Of a stretch of DNA of 35,520 nucleotides, positions 8,862-18,584 are shown piece by piece. The notes below the pieces were generated by a model. It made no database searches. It saw only the letters and a list, made by a program, of their open reading frames with translations, and had not been told where the DNA came from. The DNA lies in IMG/VR virus record IMGVR_UViG_2724679293_000011; one strand, 5' to 3'. A program made the position numbers and the translations under genes. Positions within the stretch are counted from its first letter, which is position 1; each line of letters opens with the position of its first letter. Origin of the DNA: a virus (Duplodnaviria > Heunggongvirae > Uroviricota > Caudoviricetes).

Positions 8862-11800
8862 TACCGATATGCTCCACTTAACCGACCACCATCACGGGCC
8901 TGCTGTTGCATAAAGTCCGCTGCCGCTTTTTTCCCAAGGTCATAAACCACCTTCAGGGCAGCCGGACCTATCTGCCCGTTCGTGCCATCGTTATTGATCT
9001 CGATGTTGTACTGCGGGGCAAACATCGCCATACCTGAACCACCAATATCCGCCACAACCCCCAGCTTACCGTCAGCACCACGACGCAGTGGCAGAATGGC
9101 TTCAGGTCCAGCTTCCCCCATCACACCCGCGCCTTTTGCAAAAGCAAAAAACGTCGGACGGTTAACCACCGTGCCACTGTAACGACTCAAATCAGCAGAC
9201 TGATAAATCCCCCCATTGGCATTCAGGGAAAGGCTGCTGAGATCAAATCCCAGTACACTGCCAATCCCTTTTATCGATTTCATCATGGTTGCCTGCGCCA
9301 GGATTTTCGCCATATCTGACAGCACCGAAGAGGTGAAGGATTTGAAGTTGAGTTTGCCGGTAGTGACAAAAGTTGCCAGGCCATTTCCCATGTTGCTGAA
9401 GGCTGATGAGAACACCTGTTCTGCTGTTCCTGCCGTATTGTCTGCATCCACGGTAAAATCCTGAAATGCACGCAGGACTCCGTTTTTCCAGTTACCCTGC
9501 ACAACTTCAAGCTGTTGCCAGTAACGGCGATTCTCATTCAGTTGTCGGTTCAGGCTCTCCGTCAGCGCCTGCTCGGCCTTTCTGTAGTCATCCGTGTTAT
9601 ATGTCCCTTTCTGCTCACTATCCCGCCTCAACTGCTCCAGCTGTTGCTGGTATTTCTGGCGAAGACTCAGTTGTACCTGATATCGCTGCCGCTGCTGATC
9701 ACCCATACCCACCGTGGCGATATCCAGGTCATGTTGCTGACGCTGAGCGCGCTCTTCTTCAGCCAGTTGACTGGTCAGCTGAATTGTTTTTTTCTTCAGA
9801 TCGTTGAGTGCCGTTTGTTTCTGAAGCTCCTGCTGTTTTACATCCAGCAGCGTCAGTGCCTGCATCAGTTCATCTTTACGGGCCAGCACACTCTTTTCAT
9901 CTGCCGTCAGTTTTTTCCCGTCCAGATCGCTGATGCGCTGCTGCAGAGCCAGAAGCTGTTTATGCGCTTCTGTCATCTTTTCAGTGGCAATGCCTGCTGA
10001 CTGTCTTGCAGCAGCAATCTGTCCTTCCACCTGTGCCTGTTGCTGACTGTACTGCAGCAATAACCGGGTGGCCTCATCATTACGGGTTTCGCGTGTTTTT
10101 TTCTTACCGGATGCCAGGGCTTTCTCGTAACGTTCATTTTCACGTTGTATCGCCGCATCCCTGACAGCCTGGTCGGCGTACTGCATGGCATTAATACGCG
10201 CAATTTCACGCTGATGTCGTGCTGCTTCCGTTTCATTCATCCGGTTCAGTGCAGCATTTTCAGCATTACGTCGTTTCTGTTGCTCCTGATAATTCCGCTC
10301 TGCCTGCTCTTTTGCATCCTGCAAATCCTTCTGGCGTTTTTTCTCCTGAAGATCGTTAAGACGCTGCTGATCGTATTCAACCTGAGAAGATGATGCCGTC
10401 CAGGGGAGTCTTTTCGCCCGCGACACTTTCTCCTGTAAAGCGGTAATCTGTTCATCCAGCGAGTCTTCACGACCAATATTCATGGCCGCATCCCAGAAAC
10501 GACTCCACAAATCAGACAGATACTTCAGCGTACTGCCAAGCGCATTGAGGTTATTATCAATATCCGCAGTACGCCGACCGGTTTCCTCTGCCAGTGCAGA
10601 CATGGCTATCCGTGCAGCATCACTGGACCGTCCCTGATCCCCAAGGACACGTATCTGCTCAAGCTGAGTGGCAGTAAGAAAATGCAGCTCATTGTCCAGA
10701 GCCTTCGCGGCATTTACAGGATCATCCTTCAGCCGCTTAAACTGATTTATGGTATCGCTGACCGACTGGCCAACCGATCGCTCCATCTGTGCGGCAGCTC
10801 TCGCCACCATACCGATATCGTTTCCACGAAATGCACCACTCCCCACCACCTGCGCCAGCGCACCGGCTGCAGCATGTTGCGTGATACCATTCCCGGAAAT
10901 AGCACGACTGAGCGTCCACAGCTGCCCGGCAGTGACTCCGGCATAATGCCCCGTCAGCGACAACTGGCGGTTAAATTCTTCCCCCTCCTTCTGACCGTCA
11001 TACCAGGCTTTACCCAGACCATAGACGGCCGCGGCAATACCGCCAATAACCCCGCCAAGCATCATGCCTTTCGGTGACATCAGTGTGTCTATCCATCCGG
11101 CACGGTTAGCCAGCGTTATCCCGGATCCCCTCAGCGCCCCTAAATTGCCGCGGGCCAGTTCACCTATCAGAACGCCTATCTCCTGGCGGGCTGCTGCACT
11201 TTTCAGACCCAGCGAATGCGTGGCTTTTCCTGCCTGCTCCATTTTGCGGATATACACTTCTGCAGCACTGCTTACCCCCAGCTGGGCTGCCTTGGCACGA
11301 AGCAACTCAGAAGATGAAAGATTCTGGCGGGTTGCCTGCTCTTTAAGCTGACGGATAAACGCCACTTTCTGTCGGGTAGCCTCTTCCTCAGCCTGTGTAA
11401 GAACACGGGTTTTCGCAGTAACCTCAGAAATCAGCGCCAGATAATCCTGCTGACCAATCCCGCCACTGTTTCTGGCCTGTCGGATCTGCTGCTGAATACG
11501 CTGTAATTCCTGCAGCCCCGCACTGGCCTGTTTCACACTGTCAATCTGACGATAAAACGCAGCAGCCGCTTTATCCTGAGCCTCCGCCAGAGCCATGGCC
11601 TGCGCCTGTTCCTCGCACATTTTCTGGCTCAGCGCCTCCATGCGCTGGCGGGTTTTCTCCACCTCGCGGGCCATGCGTTCATGAGCCTGTGCGTTCTTCT
11701 CCACCGTCTGCGCATGGACGGATGCGGCTGTTGCAGCCGAAGAAGTCGCCTGCGTTGTCTGCCGGGCGGCCTGAGTCTGACGCTCCATAAAACGCTGCAT

Positions 11801-11926
11801 ACGGGCAGACGACCGTTCTGCATCGCTGGCGGCACCATTCAGAAGGTTTTTGATACGGGGAATTTCATTTTTAAACTCTGCCGCATCAATCCCCAAATCA
11901 ATGACCAGGTTGGCTATCTGGTCCAT
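8861..11926 (-). CDS. H: Tail tape measure protein H
   Basis: About 1021 aa starting at the internal Met (MDQIANLVIDLGIDAAEF...) behind a GGAGGTG ribosome-binding site; coiled-coil-rich; C-terminal ...INNDGTNGQIGPAALKVVYD... matches the lambda gpH C-terminus as recalled. Confidence 0.9.
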   Translation of the reverse strand: MDQIANLVIDLGIDAAEFKNEIPRIKNLLNGAASDAERSSARMQRFMERQTQAARQTTQATSSAATAASVHAQTVEKNAQAHERMAREVEKTRQRMEALSQKMCEEQAQAMALAEAQDKAAAAFYRQIDSVKQASAGLQELQRIQQQIRQARNSGGIGQQDYLALISEVTAKTRVLTQAEEEATRQKVAFIRQLKEQATRQNLSSSELLRAKAAQLGVSSAAEVYIRKMEQAGKATHSLGLKSAAARQEIGVLIGELARGNLGALRGSGITLANRAGWIDTLMSPKGMMLGGVIGGIAAAVYGLGKAWYDGQKEGEEFNRQLSLTGHYAGVTAGQLWTLSRAISGNGITQHAAAGALAQVVGSGAFRGNDIGMVARAAAQMERSVGQSVSDTINQFKRLKDDPVNAAKALDNELHFLTATQLEQIRVLGDQGRSSDAARIAMSALAEETGRRTADIDNNLNALGSTLKYLSDLWSRFWDAAMNIGREDSLDEQITALQEKVSRAKRLPWTASSSQVEYDQQRLNDLQEKKRQKDLQDAKEQAERNYQEQQKRRNAENAALNRMNETEAARHQREIARINAMQYADQAVRDAAIQRENERYEKALASGKKKTRETRNDEATRLLLQYSQQQAQVEGQIAAARQSAGIATEKMTEAHKQLLALQQRISDLDGKKLTADEKSVLARKDELMQALTLLDVKQQELQKQTALNDLKKKTIQLTSQLAEEERAQRQQHDLDIATVGMGDQQRQRYQVQLSLRQKYQQQLEQLRRDSEQKGTYNTDDYRKAEQALTESLNRQLNENRRYWQQLEVVQGNWKNGVLRAFQDFTVDADNTAGTAEQVFSSAFSNMGNGLATFVTTGKLNFKSFTSSVLSDMAKILAQATMMKSIKGIGSVLGFDLSSLSLNANGGIYQSADLSRYSGTVVNRPTFFAFAKGAGVMGEAGPEAILPLRRGADGKLGVVADIGGSGMAMFAPQYNIEINNDGTNGQIGPAALKVVYDLGKKAAADFMQQQARDGGRLSGAYR

Positions 11927-12227
11927 AACGCACACCTCCGGAAATACCTTCCCCAAGATGCATCAGTTCTTCGTCCGTTCGCTCCGGTATCCCGTTCTCT
12001 TCCGGTAAAAGGCTGAAATCAGCCACCGCAGCATCACTGCTGCCGGACACCATTCTCACGATCAATGCCTTCAGCGAGGCAAACTGCGCATCCATCCACA
12101 CATCACTGAAGCTCTGCATCCGGAAATAATCGCCCCACTCACCAAGCTCAGTGGCCGACATTTCCGACAGCATCCGCCGCCAGTCTGCCCGCCGGAACTC
12201 CCGGGCAAGCCGCATGACAAACTGCAT
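11898..12227 (-). CDS. T: Tail assembly chaperone T segment (expressed as a G-T fusion by -1 frameshift)
   Basis: 109-aa ORF in the -1 frame relative to G, overlapping the G 3' end with no ribosome-binding site of its own; the conserved G/GT arrangement sits between V and H. Confidence 0.7.
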   Translation of the reverse strand: MQFVMRLAREFRRADWRRMLSEMSATELGEWGDYFRMQSFSDVWMDAQFASLKALIVRMVSGSSDAAVADFSLLPEENGIPERTDEELMHLGEGISGGVRYGPDSQPGH

Positions 12228-12235
12228 TTCCCGCG

Positions 12236-12625
12236 TCAGGACTTTTCCGGCGTCAGCGCCTCATGCTCATCATCCCCGGCATTATCAATGGCCCCCATAC
12301 CGCTCAGCGACAGAACCATCTCCGCCCCCGCCCCCAGGGCATCATACGACCATGTTGTAATAACGGATGCGCAAAGCGTCTCTACATCCTTAGACTGATC
12401 CGCATTCCACAGTGAGCGGGAAACCAGCCAGGCATTGATATCCATCCCCATCCGCAGAAAAGCAATCTGTCGTTCAGCCTCCGGCAGTTCTCCCTCCCCG
12501 GCATCAAACTTTGCCGTTCGCTGCTGAACAAACGCCAGATATTCAATTCTCTGCAGCCCGGACAGCTCACTGAGCACCACGGACTGTTTTTCATAATTAA
12601 ACGTGTCCTGTTTCAGAAACATCAT
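12236..12625 (-). CDS. G: Tail assembly chaperone G
   Basis: 129 aa; N-terminus MFLKQDTFNYEKQSVVLSELSGLQRIEYLAF resembles lambda gpG (MFLKTESFEHNGVTVTLSELSALQRIEHLAL) as recalled. Confidence 0.8.
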   Translation of the reverse strand: MMFLKQDTFNYEKQSVVLSELSGLQRIEYLAFVQQRTAKFDAGEGELPEAERQIAFLRMGMDINAWLVSRSLWNADQSKDVETLCASVITTWSYDALGAGAEMVLSLSGMGAIDNAGDDEHEALTPEKS

Positions 12626-12638
12626 GTTCTACACCTGC

Positions 12639-12662
12639 AAAAAAGCCCCGGATAACCGGGGC
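12639..12662 (-). terminator. Rho-independent terminator/attenuator candidate between V and G
   Basis: gccccgg-ataa-ccggggc hairpin preceded by A6 on the plus strand, i.e. hairpin plus TTTTTTG on the minus strand just downstream of the major tail gene. Confidence 0.45.
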
Positions 12663-12682
12663 AAATGATGAGTATCGTCCTG

Positions 12683-13426
12683 TTAACCTGCGGCGCTGAC
12701 AGTCACCGCAGCCACAGCCACAAAATTCCCGTCAGCGGTCATGCCCACAATGCTGACGCTGCCCTGCTTCACGCCTTTCACCGTGGCCACAAGCCCGTTC
12801 AGGGTCACCGTGGCAGTCTGTGGATCTGACGAATGCACACTGATCGCTTTGTCACTGGCTCCGTCAGGTTTTACTGTAAAGGTCAGCGTGGTGGTTGCTC
12901 CCACATTGACACTGGCAGATGCCGGTGCCACCGTCAGCCCGGTAACGCCCACGATTTCAGTGCCTTCCTCTGCCAGATACGGACGCCCCACACCGCTGAT
13001 TTTCACTGTGCGGGTCATCACGTCTTTTGAGGCAATGGTTTTACCCAGTGAACTCAGCCAGCCACGGAAAACATCAACAGTACCGTTGGGATATTTGATA
13101 CGAAAAGCGCAGACTTCACCGGAGTCGAACAACTGAACCAGTTTTTTCTGCCCGCTGTCCCCCGGACGCCAGGCCAGCGTCGCCGAAGTATCACCGACTG
13201 ATTTCTGCCCCTGGGTTGTCGTTTTCCAGTCTGCATCTTCATCATCGAGATAAGTGTCATCTTCTGCATCAGCGGTCATTTCGCCAGGTTGCAGATCCTT
13301 CACCATCGCAAGACGCAGCCAGTCAGTGTCCGATAAAGGGTTCGCAAACGCATCGCCCTTGCCGGTATACATCCAGAACGTCGTTCCCGCACCTTTCGTT
13401 TTTGCCAGTGGATTTGGTGTGGTCAT
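12683..13426 (-). CDS. V: Major tail protein V (with C-terminal Ig-like domain)
   Basis: Start at the internal Met behind AAGGAGG; MTTPNPLAKTKGAGTTFWMYTGKGDAFANPLSDTDW... parallels lambda gpV ([36 protein letters not shown]) as recalled; C-terminal Big2-like region. Confidence 0.9.
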   Translation of the reverse strand: MTTPNPLAKTKGAGTTFWMYTGKGDAFANPLSDTDWLRLAMVKDLQPGEMTADAEDDTYLDDEDADWKTTTQGQKSVGDTSATLAWRPGDSGQKKLVQLFDSGEVCAFRIKYPNGTVDVFRGWLSSLGKTIASKDVMTRTVKISGVGRPYLAEEGTEIVGVTGLTVAPASASVNVGATTTLTFTVKPDGASDKAISVHSSDPQTATVTLNGLVATVKGVKQGSVSIVGMTADGNFVAVAAVTVSAAG

Positions 13427-13436
13427 TACCACCTCC

Positions 13437-13838
13437 TTAATTCGTGTACGTGATCTGGTACGTGATTTCCGCCATCGCCCAGGTGGCCATCTCATTATCA
13501 CGTTGATAGTTAAAACCGAGTGGGATCAGGGTGTCGATGAGTCCGGAAAGTGCTGGTACATCATTCAGGGCCGGGAAAATGGTGCTCTCCATCCACATAT
13601 CCAGCTCTGAATCCGGTGCCTGTGCCCGGATGAAGACAGCAATATGCAGAACAGCCTGCCAGTCATCTTCATCCGTCATTTTTCCGGTGTACTGAGCATC
13701 ACTCAGCCACACCGCCACGGCAGGCAGTTCCTGCGCATCAACAAATGCCGGAAGCCCGTCAAAAAACGTGGCGCTGTCTCCACACTGTTCCCGAAGGCGT
13801 GCCAGTACGACCTGGCGGATTTGTGTATGTCGGTTCAT
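13437..13838 (-). CDS. U: Tail terminator protein U
   Basis: GATFFDG...PAVAVWL...AQYTG...LHIAVF...PDSELDMWMES pattern matches lambda gpU as recalled; start overlaps the Z stop (ATGA). Confidence 0.85.
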   Translation of the reverse strand: MNRHTQIRQVVLARLREQCGDSATFFDGLPAFVDAQELPAVAVWLSDAQYTGKMTDEDDWQAVLHIAVFIRAQAPDSELDMWMESTIFPALNDVPALSGLIDTLIPLGFNYQRDNEMATWAMAEITYQITYTN

Positions 13839-14413
13839 CGGGTCAGCCATAACCTCAGTTGTTGTTTCAGTGCATACCCCAGCTGTTTCGGCATTTCCGC
13901 AGCAATGATGCGGTCGCGGGCATCTTCAAATGCCTGTGTCAGCGGTCCGGACAGCGGGATTTTCACCACATCAATGGGGTAACGATTTTTGCCATCAATA
14001 CGCCGCATCACATGCCAGCGACCATTCGCCAGTTGCTGAATAAACGCATCCCGGAAAAGATATTTACCCACCTTCAGCACACTGCCACGGTACTGCAGTT
14101 TTCCACCACGCCGGGCCAGTCTGACCCGGGCTGTCCCCAGCTTAATGGCAGGCAGATTGCCCCGGTTAACGCGGATCCTGGCCGTCATTTTTCCTGACGG
14201 ACTGGCTTTAAACACCCGGACACGCTGACGTACCAGTTTCAGGGGGATCCCTTTCACCTGGTTATCTCCCGCAACGGTATTCCCGGCAACCTGCCGGGTG
14301 GCAACCGAGACCGCTTTCTGTGCCACACGGTTTATCGCCCATGCGCTGGCCTGTGGCACCATACGGGTATCAAGGCTGTTCAGATTGCGGATGGCATTCT
14401 CAAGCCCCTTCAT
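13835..14413 (-). CDS. Z: Tail completion protein Z
   Basis: 192 aa (same length as lambda gpZ) in the conserved position between FII and U. Confidence 0.8.
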   Translation of the reverse strand: MKGLENAIRNLNSLDTRMVPQASAWAINRVAQKAVSVATRQVAGNTVAGDNQVKGIPLKLVRQRVRVFKASPSGKMTARIRVNRGNLPAIKLGTARVRLARRGGKLQYRGSVLKVGKYLFRDAFIQQLANGRWHVMRRIDGKNRYPIDVVKIPLSGPLTQAFEDARDRIIAAEMPKQLGYALKQQLRLWLTR

Positions 14414-14424
14414 CCCACACCTCT

Positions 14425-14700
14425 TTACTCAATAAAGATCATTGGCTTACCGTTAAAGCGTTCATGCCGTGTGACCGTCCATTGTTGTCCGTCATAAACA
14501 ACGCGATCCCCGCGCCGTGGGCGGTATCCCGAAGAAAACACCACCAGAGAGACCGCAGGTCCGGACAGAGCATTCAGCTCTGCCAGTGTTTCTCCCGGGA
14601 TCACAGTCATATCGACATCATTAATCGAGGCTGTCTTTCCCATCTTTCTGACCGTGATAGCATCCATACGCGCTGCCAGCCGGGAAAAGGGATCAGACAT
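14425..14700 (-). CDS. Head-tail joining protein, FII-like
   Basis: 91 aa; pattern ...AARMDAITVRKMGKTASI...PRRGDRV... resembles lambda gpFII (...DAAIARADETIRGYMGTSATI...RRGD...) as recalled; sits between the head and tail modules. Confidence 0.65.
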   Translation of the reverse strand: MSDPFSRLAARMDAITVRKMGKTASINDVDMTVIPGETLAELNALSGPAVSLVVFSSGYRPRRGDRVVYDGQQWTVTRHERFNGKPMIFIE

Positions 14701-15016
14701 TGAGTTTTACCGGCACTTCTTCTGCACTGGTTCCGGCATCTGCCCAGACAACCCCGACCAGCGGATCAGAGCCGCTGTTAGTCAGCTGAACTTTTCCGGA
14801 CTTCAGATAAACCTTCTTACCCGTTTTCATGTCATCCGTTTTCAGCTTAGGCAGCATAAACACACCTTCGGTCATGCCGTCGCCTGTTTCACCCTGTGGA
14901 ATATCGGTCAGCGCCACCGCAAAAACATCGCCCACCTGCACCAGATCTCCGCTGCTGATGGCTGCACTGGCAACAATCGCCACCGTTTTTCCTTCTTCTA
15001 CAAAATTCTTTGCCAT
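14693..15016 (-). CDS. Small head structural protein (DUF2190-like; possible decoration or head completion protein)
   Basis: About 107 aa from the internal Met (MAKNFVEEGKTVAIVA...), immediately downstream of the capsid gene; Gly/Val-rich beta-type sequence. Confidence 0.55.
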   Translation of the reverse strand: MAKNFVEEGKTVAIVASAAISSGDLVQVGDVFAVALTDIPQGETGDGMTEGVFMLPKLKTDDMKTGKKVYLKSGKVQLTNSGSDPLVGVVWADAGTSAEEVPVKLNV

Positions 15017-15102
15017 AACTGTCTCCGCACAGCCCCGTTCAGGGGCTGATTTCAGGTACAAAAAAAGCCCTTACGGGCCATCAGAGTTGTTGTCTGCGAC
15101 GT

Positions 15103-16788
15103 TTACGCCGTACATTTCACCAGACCGCGGTGATCAACTGGCGCGACACCGGCGTCAATACGCACTTTCGTTGTCACGCCATCCACACTGAAGCCCTCCA
15201 TCTGATCAATATATGGCGTATCCACACCGTTGAGATAAGCCACTTCAATCGTATCGGAGCCTTTTGACGCAGCCAGGTAGAAGGTGGTCTGGCTGTTATC
15301 ATCAAGACGAGGCTCTGCAATAACGGTCGCAAAATCTTTCACCGGGTTAATAATACCGGCGTTAATGTCAGCCCCCTTGACACTTGAGGAGCGAATGACC
15401 TGGTTAGCAACAGACTCCATCGCCGTCGGTACCAGTACGAACGCAGGACGAATATTCAGATGACGCTCCCCCTCTTTCTGAACGCGCATCAACTGGCGGG
15501 CTTTATCCAGCGATGCCACGTCCATTGCAGCGCTCTCCAGTACGTTTGCATGTTTCGCTTTATCGAACAGACTTACATTATCTGTGGAGATTTTCGGGTT
15601 AGACGTCAGAATGGCATAAACCAGATCGGCAATAGTGGATTTCGCCGCACGGCCCAGTTTCATCGGGACATCGGTCAGCATATTCAGATCATCATTGATA
15701 ATGGCCTGACGGGTGATACTGAACAGCTCGCCATAGGTCGCCAGTGCAATAGTGGCCTGTTTATCTCCGGTGGTGACGTATTTATATTCCGCCCCTTCAC
15801 GCACCTGACGCAGAGCACTGAAGCCCCCCATACCCACACGATGGGCAATTTTAAAATCAGACAACTGACCTTTCCGCGTCCACTGTTCATAGGTTTCAGG
15901 GGCATCTTCCCAGCCCTGCAGAATGGCTTTGTTCGCAACATCCAGCAGAATATTACCGAAGTCAGACGTACTGTGTGTGAACGCCGCACCGACCATCTGC
16001 ATCGGGTTATAACCGGAAACCCCAATACCCCGTTCAGTTAGTGACATACGGGCATATTCACGCAGGGTCATCCCGTTGTAGACATTATCACGTTCGGTTT
16101 TTTCAAATCCGGCACGCGCCATCAGCGCCTGGCGAATCCCGTCCCCCACAAAATTACCGTTACCGGCATAAATATGAGCCGGGGTATTTTTATTGGATGG
16201 CGTGGACTCGCGCCCCATCTCGTTCAACAGCTTTTCACGGGCCTGCTCCAGCGAACATTCAGGATCGGCAAGACACTGAGCCTGCAGCGTCTGATAACGC
16301 CCGCCAAACATGGCAAACAGATCATTAATACCGTTTACACGCGCTTTTTGCTCTGCCAGTACCTGCGCACGGATGCTGTTTTCATCCACCACGGGTGCTG
16401 CTGCCTGCACTGGCGTCCAGGAGGCTTCAGATTCATTATCCTGTACGCGTGGAGCACTGTTGCGTGGCGGAGTAATCATGTTTCGAATGGATTCCGGCAT
16501 CTTTTTAAATTCCTCTGTACGTTTTGACTGAATACATGCCATTGCCTTAACGGCTGGCGTTACCTGATCAGCAAATCCATGTGCCAGACATTCGGCACCG
16601 GACATCCAGGTCTCATCCGCCAGCATGGCAGCAATTTCATCGGTGGTTTTCCCGGTTTTCTGTGCATAAGCGGGTAACAGAACCGCCTCAACTTTATCGA
16701 GCAGGTCGGCATAGGTGCGCATGTCCTCCGCATCACCGCCCGTAAAGCCAAATGGTTTATGAATCATCATGAAGGTGTTTTCCGGCAT
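15103..16788 (-). CDS. Major capsid protein (HK97-fold type) preceded by a scaffold-like region and the C-terminal part of a ClpP-type prohead protease; downstream segment of a frameshift-split gene
   Basis: The N-terminus MPENTFMMIHKPFG carries the ClpP His-box; the C-terminal ~300 aa look like a major capsid protein; a weak hairpin plus T-run follows the stop (about 15061-15080). Confidence 0.75.
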   Translation of the reverse strand: MPENTFMMIHKPFGFTGGDAEDMRTYADLLDKVEAVLLPAYAQKTGKTTDEIAAMLADETWMSGAECLAHGFADQVTPAVKAMACIQSKRTEEFKKMPESIRNMITPPRNSAPRVQDNESEASWTPVQAAAPVVDENSIRAQVLAEQKARVNGINDLFAMFGGRYQTLQAQCLADPECSLEQAREKLLNEMGRESTPSNKNTPAHIYAGNGNFVGDGIRQALMARAGFEKTERDNVYNGMTLREYARMSLTERGIGVSGYNPMQMVGAAFTHSTSDFGNILLDVANKAILQGWEDAPETYEQWTRKGQLSDFKIAHRVGMGGFSALRQVREGAEYKYVTTGDKQATIALATYGELFSITRQAIINDDLNMLTDVPMKLGRAAKSTIADLVYAILTSNPKISTDNVSLFDKAKHANVLESAAMDVASLDKARQLMRVQKEGERHLNIRPAFVLVPTAMESVANQVIRSSSVKGADINAGIINPVKDFATVIAEPRLDDNSQTTFYLAASKGSDTIEVAYLNGVDTPYIDQMEGFSVDGVTTKVRIDAGVAPVDHRGLVKCTA

Positions 16789-17062
16789 AATTGACCGGGT
16801 TTCCTACCATCGCAATGACCGACGCCATTGACGCCGCCACACCGTCGACATAAACGGTAATGGACGCACCATGTGTTTTCAGCGCATTAAAAATGGCGAT
16901 GCCTTCAAAGACATCGCCACCCGGTGAATTAATATGGAGATTAATGTGGGTGATATCGCCCAGTGCATTCAGATCACTGATAAACTGCTTCGCTGTAACA
17001 CCCCAGAAACCAATCTCGTCATAAATATAAATATCCGCGTCACTCTGGTGACCAGCCTGCAT
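16757..17062 (-). CDS. ClpP-family (S14) prohead protease, N-terminal segment ending prematurely; upstream segment of the frameshift-split protease-capsid gene
   Basis: Translation from the Met just after the portal stop, MQAGHQSDADIYIYDEIGFWGVTAKQ...INSPGGDVFEGIAIFNAL...GVAASMASVIAMVG, contains the ClpP Ser motif; the matching His motif is in the next frame (15103..16788). Confidence 0.7.
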   Translation of the reverse strand: MQAGHQSDADIYIYDEIGFWGVTAKQFISDLNALGDITHINLHINSPGGDVFEGIAIFNALKTHGASITVYVDGVAASMASVIAMVGNPVNYAGKHLHDDS

Positions 17063-17075
17063 CCTGAACCAGGAA

Positions 17076-18584
17076 TTATTCTTCGGACTGGTCGTCGGTG
17101 TGCTGCGGCTCCTGTCGTTTCGTTGCGGCACTACTGCCTCCTTTATCACTGGCCGGATCGGTATCAAATACCAGATCCAGCTTGCGGTTTTCATCAATTT
17201 CGGCCTTGCGCCGACGTTTGACATCATCCGGATTACGACCACCAGCACGTACCCAGTCTGATTCTGTCGCCGCTCCACCACGAATCTGGATTTTCCAGGC
17301 CTCAGCCTCCTTAACAGGGTCAATCCACGGCATCACTGGTCCGGAATACACCGCGGTATACAGTGAAGAACGGTCAAGATCGCGGGGTAGCCTGATAACA
17401 CCGGATGCCACAGCCTGTTTCAGCCATGCACGATACATCGGGCGGGTGACGGCACCAATAAACCAGTCCTGCAGGATCAGGTAGCCATCAGTGGATTCAA
17501 CCAGCTCCTGACGCTGGGCGCTGTAAGTGCCGTTATAGTTGCGCGCTGTACTGGAAAAACTCAGACGACTGCCCGCCGCCACGGCACGCAACTGACCATT
17601 ACGAAAAGTTTCAAGGTTAGGATTGGGGCGATCCGACTTCACCATTCCGATTTCTTCGCCGGGTTTCAGATCGTCGTAAATAATGCCCGGCTGAATGGTA
17701 AGCTCACGTTCATTCTCCTTTCTGCCATTACCATCCGGTTCATAGCTCTGCCCGTCGCCTTTCCGGATGTACATCCCCAGAGCAGCGGCGATCCTTGCTG
17801 CAGTCAGCTCAGAATCTTCATATTCTTTCAGGGCACTGAGGCGGATCAGCACACCGGACAACAAAGACGTCCCGCGCATCTGGTGCAGACGGCGAACAAA
17901 TTTAAGATGCAGCATTCGCTCTGCATCCACTTCTTTGGTTTCCATCTGCCGTCCGGATACGGGACGGCTTTTATACACCAGATATTTTTCGGGACGCCCC
18001 CAGTCATCAACAAACACGCCCTGATTCAGCCTGTTGCTCTCATCACTAGTCATGGGAATAAAGTCCGGCTCGAGCGCCTCCAGCCAGAAATGAACACCGG
18101 CAGAAGGCGCCAGGCTGTTTATGCGCCCGGAAACCATCTGGGCAAACACCTCACCATCGCGCAGCCAGGTACGAAGCATCAGACGTTCCAGCATCGGACG
18201 GGTAAACTGCCCGGTGACTTCCGGGCTGACAGACCATTCACTCCATCGGGTGCGAATCTCCGCAGCCAGGTCACGGGCAATGGCCCCATTGCGTAATACC
18301 GGATGTGGCTCGACAATAATCCCGTTTTTCCCCACCACCCGTTCTTCCAGCTTGTCAAATACACCAATAACCAGATCGTGGTTGTTATCAAGGTAACGGG
18401 CCTGCTCACGTAACGACACGGCCCCGTACTGGCTTAACTGGTCGGCAGTTCGGTTCTCCCGTCGGGCTTTGTGTGTCCGCGTCGTTTTTACGGCCTCATA
18501 AGCCTGGATCACCGCACGGGAACGCAGCCTTGCCGCTTTCCATCCTGGTGAAAAAACGCCAATCACATCATCAAGAATTGCCAT
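17076..18584 (-). CDS. Portal protein (lambda gpB-like)
   Basis: About 502 aa from the Met whose ATG overlaps the stop of the upstream W-like gene (TGATG); lies between terminase and prohead protease. Confidence 0.85.
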   Translation of the reverse strand: MAILDDVIGVFSPGWKAARLRSRAVIQAYEAVKTTRTHKARRENRTADQLSQYGAVSLREQARYLDNNHDLVIGVFDKLEERVVGKNGIIVEPHPVLRNGAIARDLAAEIRTRWSEWSVSPEVTGQFTRPMLERLMLRTWLRDGEVFAQMVSGRINSLAPSAGVHFWLEALEPDFIPMTSDESNRLNQGVFVDDWGRPEKYLVYKSRPVSGRQMETKEVDAERMLHLKFVRRLHQMRGTSLLSGVLIRLSALKEYEDSELTAARIAAALGMYIRKGDGQSYEPDGNGRKENERELTIQPGIIYDDLKPGEEIGMVKSDRPNPNLETFRNGQLRAVAAGSRLSFSSTARNYNGTYSAQRQELVESTDGYLILQDWFIGAVTRPMYRAWLKQAVASGVIRLPRDLDRSSLYTAVYSGPVMPWIDPVKEAEAWKIQIRGGAATESDWVRAGGRNPDDVKRRRKAEIDENRKLDLVFDTDPASDKGGSSAATKRQEPQHTDDQSEE

